This document shows, piece by piece, positions 39,225 to 45,464 of a stretch of 45,464 nt of DNA. Each line of letters opens with the position of its first letter. Positions within the stretch are counted from its first letter, which is position 1. The position numbers and the translations under genes were made by a program. The notes beneath the pieces were generated by a model. The model searched no databases. It saw only the letters and a list, made by a program, of their open reading frames with translations, and was not told the origin of the DNA. Origin of the DNA: Planctomycetota bacterium (GTDB taxonomy: Bacteria; Planctomycetota; MHYJ01; WSZJ01); NCBI GenBank assembly GCA_021413805.1, contig JAIOPR010000052.1, forward strand, positions 1-45,464, given 5' to 3'.

Positions 39225-41498
39225 ATGAGGCCCATTCCGACGCCGCAGACAATTCCGCGCGAGTTCTCCACACCCCGGCAGTTGCCCAGGATGTCGGCGT
39301 TCGTGCCCGCGCGCCGGTCGCTGTCCATCGACCGCGGCTTCGTGGCCGCCGCCGCCGTGCTCCTCTTCGCCTCCGCAGCCGTCGGCCTCGGCGTTCCGGG
39401 CGTGCCTGGACTCGAAGGCCCGGCGCGAAGCGAATTCCGCCGTGGCCTGGCGCTGGCATTTGCGACAGGTTCGGTCGCTGCCGCGGCTTCGCACGCCGCG
39501 TTTGCCCGGTGGGTGCGTCGCGCCCACATGTGGCGAGCGAGCTACCTTGCGATTCTCGGGACGAGCACGGACTCGGTCGTGGGCTGCGATGCCCGCGGGA
39601 TCATCACTTCCTTCAACCCGGCCGCGGAAGCCATGTTCGGCTGGAAGGCGTCGCAGATGGTGGGGCAGCCGCTGACCCGCCTCATGCCCGAGCGCCACCG
39701 CGCTGCCTTCCGCGAGCGGATCTCGTTCCTTCAACTCAGGAGGGAGTCGCGCCTGGTCGGGGAGTCGAGGGTCTTCGAAGCGCTGACTTCCAGTGGGAAG
39801 GAAATCAGGGTTGAGGTGGCGCTGACGGCATGGGACGGCGAGGACGGGCCCGAATTCGCGGGCGTGCTGAGGGACGCCGGGCGATGGGCGCGAATCGACG
39901 CCCAGTTGCGCCTCTCGGACGAGTTGCTCCTGCAGCTCCCGGAGTGCATTGTCCTCACCGACCTGGGCGGACGGATCGTACGGTGGATGGGTCGCGCCAG
40001 CCAGGTCTTCGGCTACACCGCGGCCCAGGTTGTGGGGATCCCGATCGACCGGCTGCTGGAACCGTCGTACCGCGCCGCGCTGACCCCTGCCGAAGTTGCC
40101 AAGATGCGCAAGGGAGACTACCCGTCTGAAGTCCCCTGTGCGCGGCGCGACGGGACGCCCGTCCACGCAGCAACGAGTTCCTCGGTCGTCTTCGACAGCG
40201 ACGGGAGACCCGCCTACATCATCCACATCCTGCGCGACGTGAGCGAGCGGCGGCGGGCCGAGGAACTGCTCGGTCACTCCGAGCAGAAATACCGCCAGCT
40301 TGTCGAATGCGCCGACGAGCTCATCGTGACCCTCACGCCCGACGGGCTGATCGCCTCGCTCAACCCGGCCTTCGAGCGAACCCTGGGGTGGAAGACGAAG
40401 GACTGGCTCGGGAAACACTACTCCGATCTCGTCCATCCCGAGGACCTTGCAAAGGCCGAGCAGGCGACCGCGACCGCGCTTCGCGGAAACACACCCTCCG
40501 CCGTCATCGTGCGGGCCCGCACGCGCGCCGGGCTTTGGCGCTACCTCGAATCCATCGGCCGGCCCCTGGTCATCGGCGGACGGATTACCGGCGTTATGGT
40601 CATCGCTCGCGACGTGACAGAACGGTGGCTCGCGGAAGCGGCCCGCGCCGCCGCGCAGGCTCAGCTGGAACAGAAGGTGGAGGAACGTACGCACGAACTG
40701 CGGGAAGCAAACGAACGGCTCCACCGCGAGGCCACCGAACGGCAGCGGGTCGCGGCCGAGCTGGCAACCCAGAGGCTCCAGCTCGAGCGTTCCAACGAGG
40801 ATCTCGAGCGCTTCGCCTACGTCGCTTCCCACGACCTCCAGGAACCGCTCCGGATGGTGACCAGCTACGTGCAACTCCTCAACCAGAAGTTCGGGCCCAG
40901 GCTTCCGCCGGACGCTCACGATTTCATGGGCCACGCCATCGACGGCACACGCCGGATGCGCACCCTGATTGTGAGCCTCCTGGAATTCTCGCGTCGCGCC
41001 TGCGGCGAGCAGATTCTCCGCCCGGTTCTCGCCGCCGACGCCCTTCGTGAAGCGCTTCTCAACCTCCGCCCCCTGATCGTCGAGAGCAACGCCAAGGTGG
41101 CGCAGGGCGAGCTGCCGGAGGTTACGGCCGATGCGACGCAACTCACGGAAGTCTTCCAGAACCTCATCGCCAACGCGCTCAAGTACCGCGGTCCGGAGCC
41201 GCCGCGCGTGATGATTGAAGCGCGCCAGGAAACGGATTCATGGGAATTTCTCGTGTCGGACAACGGCATCGGCATCGAGTCGCGCTTCCACGAGCGCATC
41301 TTCCTCCCCTTTCGCCGTGGCCCGGGTTCGGAGCACTGTGAAGGGTCGGGCATCGGGTTGGCGATCTGCAAACGGATCGTGGAGCGTCACGGGGGGCGCA
41401 TCGGGGTCCGGTCGGAGCCCGGGAAGGGCTCTACTTTCTTCTTCAGCCTGCCGATTGCGCCCCCCGGGGGAGCGACCGGGCCGGCCAGGGAGGCTTAG
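39225..41498 (+). CDS. membrane-anchored multi-PAS histidine kinase (Cph1-like kinase core)
   Basis: Two hydrophobic segments, three PAS domains, H-box [20 protein letters not shown] and GSGIGLA. AAGGAGGG RBS near ATG 39225. Confidence 0.92.
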   Translation: MRPIPTPQTIPREFSTPRQLPRMSAFVPARRSLSIDRGFVAAAAVLLFASAAVGLGVPGVPGLEGPARSEFRRGLALAFATGSVAAAASHAAFARWVRRAHMWRASYLAILGTSTDSVVGCDARGIITSFNPAAEAMFGWKASQMVGQPLTRLMPERHRAAFRERISFLQLRRESRLVGESRVFEALTSSGKEIRVEVALTAWDGEDGPEFAGVLRDAGRWARIDAQLRLSDELLLQLPECIVLTDLGGRIVRWMGRASQVFGYTAAQVVGIPIDRLLEPSYRAALTPAEVAKMRKGDYPSEVPCARRDGTPVHAATSSSVVFDSDGRPAYIIHILRDVSERRRAEELLGHSEQKYRQLVECADELIVTLTPDGLIASLNPAFERTLGWKTKDWLGKHYSDLVHPEDLAKAEQATATALRGNTPSAVIVRARTRAGLWRYLESIGRPLVIGGRITGVMVIARDVTERWLAEAARAAAQAQLEQKVEERTHELREANERLHREATERQRVAAELATQRLQLERSNEDLERFAYVASHDLQEPLRMVTSYVQLLNQKFGPRLPPDAHDFMGHAIDGTRRMRTLIVSLLEFSRRACGEQILRPVLAADALREALLNLRPLIVESNAKVAQGELPEVTADATQLTEVFQNLIANALKYRGPEPPRVMIEARQETDSWEFLVSDNGIGIESRFHERIFLPFRRGPGSEHCEGSGIGLAICKRIVERHGGRIGVRSEPGKGSTFFFSLPIAPPGGATGPAREA

Positions 41499-41942
41499 AT
41501 GAGCACGATCCAAGGGGAAGCGGCGGACGTCCTGCTGGTCGAAAACAGCCCGGCGGAAGCGAGGTTGCTTGCGGAAGCGATCGCGGGGTGTGAGCCACCG
41601 ATCCGGCAAGTTCTCGCCATGAACGGTGAGGACGCGCTGGACTACCTCCGCCGCAAAGGGAATTACGCTTCGGCGAAAAGGCCGCGGCTGATCCTGCTCG
41701 ACCTGAACTTGCCGCGGAAGGACGGGCGGGAAGTGCTGGAAGACATCAAGGACGACCCGGAACTGAAGCACATCCCGGTGGTGGTGCTCACGACATCGGC
41801 AGCGGAGAGCGACGTGCGTCGTTCGTACCGGAGCCATGCAAACTGCTTCATTACAAAGCCTGCGGAACTGCCCGAGTACCGCACCGTCGTACGTTCGCTC
41901 GTGGACTTCTGGCTCCGGATTGCGCGGCTTCCTGCGGAGTAA
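41499..41942 (+). CDS. Rcp1-like single-domain response regulator
   Basis: Motifs RPRLILLDLNLPRKDGREVL, VLTTS and ANCFITKP. Confidence 0.93.
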   Translation: MSTIQGEAADVLLVENSPAEARLLAEAIAGCEPPIRQVLAMNGEDALDYLRRKGNYASAKRPRLILLDLNLPRKDGREVLEDIKDDPELKHIPVVVLTTSAAESDVRRSYRSHANCFITKPAELPEYRTVVRSLVDFWLRIARLPAE

Positions 41943-41947
41943 ACACC

Positions 41948-42832
41948 ATGGTCGATGACGCGCTGGACATCCTGCTGGTTGAGGACAACGCGGCGGACGC
42001 CGACTCCATCCGCCGCCAGCTCGCGGGCGGCGCAGGCGTCGCGCCGAGCCTCCGAATCTGCCAGACCCTGGACGAGGGAGTGCGTCAGGCCAAGGCCGCC
42101 GCGCCGGACGTTGTGCTGCTGGACCTCAACCTCCCTGACTCCGACGGGCTTGAGACGGTCCGGAGCATGAGCGCGGGCTGCCCCGACATCCCGATCGTCG
42201 TGCTCACAGGCCTGAACGACGACGCGACCGGGCTCGCAGCCGTCAACGCGGGCGCGGAAGACTTCCTCGTCAAAGGCGAAGTCGATCCTCCACGCCTCGC
42301 GAAGATCCTTCGGTTCTCCGTCGAGCGGCACCGGACTCTTTCCGCCCTCCGCGGCCTCTCGACGCGCGACGAGCTGACGGGACTCCACAACAGGCGCGGA
42401 TTCCTCGCCCTGGCCGCACGCCATTTTTCAGGGTCGCACCCGCCCTCGACGTCCTGCGCCTTCTTCTTCATCGACGTTGACGGGCTCAAGCTGATCAACG
42501 ACGGCCACGGCCACGCCGCGGGCGACGCCGCCATCGCAGGCGCCGCAGCCGTCCTCCGAAAGGCCTTCCGCCCTTCCGACCTCGTCGGCCGGATCGGCGG
42601 CGACGAATTCGCGGCGCTTCGTCTTGAGCCGGGCCTGGGACCGCCGGAAACGGTGGTCGCGCGGATCCTCGAAGAGACGGCGGCGTTCAATGCACACACT
42701 CCCAACCCCTGGAAACTGTCCCTGAGCGTCGGGTTCTCCCGTCTTTCAAGCCAGGCCACGACGCTGGAAGACCTGCTCACGGAAGCGGACAAGCGCATGT
42801 ACGAGGCGAAGGCCAACAAGCGCAACCCGTGA
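41948..42832 (+). CDS. response regulator diguanylate cyclase (REC-GGDEF)
   Basis: Receiver domain, DELTGLHNRR, I-site RPSD and intact GGDEF. Confidence 0.95.
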   Translation: MVDDALDILLVEDNAADADSIRRQLAGGAGVAPSLRICQTLDEGVRQAKAAAPDVVLLDLNLPDSDGLETVRSMSAGCPDIPIVVLTGLNDDATGLAAVNAGAEDFLVKGEVDPPRLAKILRFSVERHRTLSALRGLSTRDELTGLHNRRGFLALAARHFSGSHPPSTSCAFFFIDVDGLKLINDGHGHAAGDAAIAGAAAVLRKAFRPSDLVGRIGGDEFAALRLEPGLGPPETVVARILEETAAFNAHTPNPWKLSLSVGFSRLSSQATTLEDLLTEADKRMYEAKANKRNP

Positions 42833-42878
42833 CGGTGCGTCACGCGAGCGGACGTCCGCGCGGCATTGGAGGCCCGGC

Positions 42879-45464
42879 CTACGGGAAACTCACCTCCGCC
42901 AGGTCCAGCACTTCCTTGACGTCTTTCAGGCGCCGCGTGACCTCGATCTTCTCCTGGTTCGGCCGGCCGTAGTTTTTGTAGATGCAGATCTGGACGGTCG
43001 TCGCGCCCGCCAGGACCTGCTGCGTGTTGCCGTAGAAGTCGATCTTCACCTGGAACTTGCCGGAGATCGCCTTCTTCACGAGGTACTCCTCCGGGCCGTA
43101 ACCCTGCGTGAAGTCGGGGCCGAAGCGCCCGCCGCTCATCGTTTCGCGGTGGCCGTAAAAGGCCTTCTCGCCGTCGGGCTCGACGACCCAGAGATCCATG
43201 TCGCAGGCGTCGGCGTCCCAGGTCAGCGTGACGCGCAGGTCGCACGGCAGTGAGGCGACCAGGTCGGCGGGAAGCGTGTGGAATTCCTTGCCCGTTTTCG
43301 CGCGGCAGACGGTGACGATCTCGTTCAACTCGCCGAGGGCGAGGACCTCGAGTTCGGGGAAGCGGCCGTCCCAGGTGCCGAGGACGACCTTCTCGAGAAG
43401 CGCAATCGACTCGGCGTATTCGGCGCGCTTCGCCAGCACCAGCGCGAGGTCGCGGTACGACTGCGGCTCTTCGGGGCGCAGGCGCAGGACATCACGGAAA
43501 ACTTCGGCAGCGAGGGACGTCTCCTCCATCTGGTCGAGGCGATGGCCGAGGATTCGGAGGAGCTGCGGGCTGCCGAGGTTCATCTCGGCGATGTTCGAGA
43601 GGATCTGGAGGGCGGCCTTGCGGTCCTTGCGTTCGTCGAGGAAGAAATCGGCGCAGTCGAGGAAGAATGCGGACGAGTGGCCGTACTCGGCGCGGAGCTT
43701 GCCGTAGACGATGAAGGCGCCGTCGCCGGCCGCGCGGAGAGCCTTGAGGTAAGGCGTGTCGGGCGTCCAGGGCTTGAGGGCGATGCCGGGACCGGACGGC
43801 TTGCCGTCCTCGTCCTTCTTGAGCAGGGCTTCTTCGTTGTGATCACTTTCGCCAAGTCCCTGGCGGGAGCGTTCGCCGGGCGCAGGATCGCTGCCCGGCG
43901 CGGCGCCGGACTCGCCGCCGCGCGCCTTGTCCTTCTTGTCCTCGAACTTGAACCCATCCGGGACCTTGAAATCCGTCTTCCACCACTCGACCCGCGCTGT
44001 CCACAGGCCGCGCACGTACGTCAGCTTTTCCCCCCGCGTCTTCGCCGCGGCGACCTTTTCCTTCTCGATCAGGTCGAAGTACGCCTCCTGCATCTCTTTC
44101 GGCGGCAGCACGCGGTAGCGGACGTACTGCTCCATCGACTCGAGGACGAGAAGCGAGGTTCTCGGCGTGACGATCCCGTACTTGAGCCCGAGCTGCAGGA
44201 CTTCGTCTTCGTGCGCCGCGGCGGGGACGAGGCTCGCGACTTTCTTGCGGGCCCACGTGCGGTCGGCTCTTGCGCCCTCCACACCGGTGCCGATCGTAAA
44301 CGGCACTTCCCATGTCTTCCCTGAAGCGTCGCGGAAGCGCCCCTTGGCTTCTACCGCCGCACCGCCGGCCACGCGCCCCGCAATCCCGAGAACGCGGTCC
44401 GCCCGGCACGGGGCCGGAGGCAGGATCTCGCTCACGCCCTCGCCCTCCACGCCCAGGAAAATCGCCGGCTCCGTCTTCCACGCGGCGAGGCACGCTTCGA
44501 CCTTCTCGGTCGTGAGGTCGAAAAGGTGCCCCGTTGCGAGCCTGTCGAGCACCGCGCGATCCGTCGTCGCCTGCGAGCAGAGCACGTGCACTGGCCGCGA
44601 GCCCATCACCGGCAGCGCCGGGCCGAACGTCGTCATCCCGTCCGTGCACAGCACGATCGCGTCGGCGCGGCCGTCGTACGCCGAGAAATCGAGGCCTGCG
44701 AAGCGGCTCCCACCGTCAGGGACGAGTCCCGCGAGGCGCGCCAGCAGCGCGTCGGCCTTGCCGTCCGCCACGGCGTAGTCCTCTTCGAACCAGACCGCGT
44801 TCGAGAACACGACAAGGTGCACTTGCGACGCGCCCAGCCACCCGAACCACGCGGCCAGCAGCCGGGCTTGGATTCGATGGCCGACGTCGCGCCGGTCGGA
44901 AGAACCGCGGAGAACGTCCGCCCCACCTTCGTCGCCTCCACCGTCACGCGCGGCTTGTCCACCACCGGCAGCGTCAGCACCAGGTCCCACGCCACTTCCA
45001 TGTCCTTCCCCTCGGCGCTCGCGCGGAACGTCTGCGCCTTCGCGTCCGTCACCACGTCCAGGTCGTCCGGCAGCGAAGCGCGCTTCCCGCCAGCGATCCC
45101 CGAAACCTCGGGCACCACGCCGCTCGCCGTCACCTCCAGCACGAAATTCTTCAGCCGCCCCAGCCGCAGCGGCACCACGAAACTCCGCGACGCTTCCCAC
45201 TCCCACGCAATCACGACGCGCTTCGTCCCGTGCGCCGGGATCGGATAAACGCGCGTCTGGAACACGTTCCCCTGCACCCACTCCACCAGCCCCGGGTCCA
45301 CGTTCCGGCGTTCCTCGCTCTCGAACACGAAACGGGCCTTCTCGCGTTCCACGACGGAGGCCTCACGCAGCGTCCCGTCGGTCTCCAGCGCGAACGCCGT
45401 CACCGTGGCTTCGGGGGGAAGCGCCAGCACGAGCTGCCCTTCCAGCACCCGGTCCAGGTCGTTC
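42879..45464 (-). CDS. VIT + vWA-like + TPR + DUF2135 (YfaP-like) protein, 5' end outside the window, frame-disrupted near 44865
   Basis: VIT in one frame (DRVLEGQL, VDPGLVEWVQGNVFQTRVYPIP). LCTDG, VTPRTSLLVLE, PEEPQSYRDLA and DUF2135 LTWD..DMDLWVVEP..GYGPEEY in another frame. Confidence 0.85.

Overview
GC-rich bacterial chromosomal segment. A Planctomycetota-like origin is a guess from gene content and was not tested. It holds about 37 CDS and no rRNA, tRNA, CRISPR array or intact transposase. The left part encodes envelope and secreted proteins (TPR protein, a large FG-GAP double-propeller lipoprotein with a frameshift, a WD40 protein), a UbiG-like methyltransferase, a lipid kinase/phosphoesterase pair and a phosphate module (PhoX divergent from NUDIX-CHAD). 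From about 14.9 to 42.8 kb is a stress and signalling island. It carries CBS, ElaB/YqjD, DoxX, homospermidine synthase plus a PuuB-like oxidase, a non-heme chloroperoxidase-type hydrolase, DUF1328, USP, an NtrC-family sigma54 activator, a NarL-type two-component pair, a poly-HAMP hybrid kinase operon and a PAS kinase/Rcp1/GGDEF operon. The most striking feature lies outside the ORFs. Eleven correctly oriented sigma54 (-24/-12) promoter motifs sit upstream of these genes, most with a shared palindromic enhancer-like motif (GGYAR-N3-TKRCC), and the local activator has a degenerate receiver domain. Together these suggest a self-contained sigma54-driven general-stress regulon. Also found: a 170-bp MITE inserted into a stop codon, and a three-gene cluster of tiny NIL/ACT-like and Zn-finger proteins opposite the activator.
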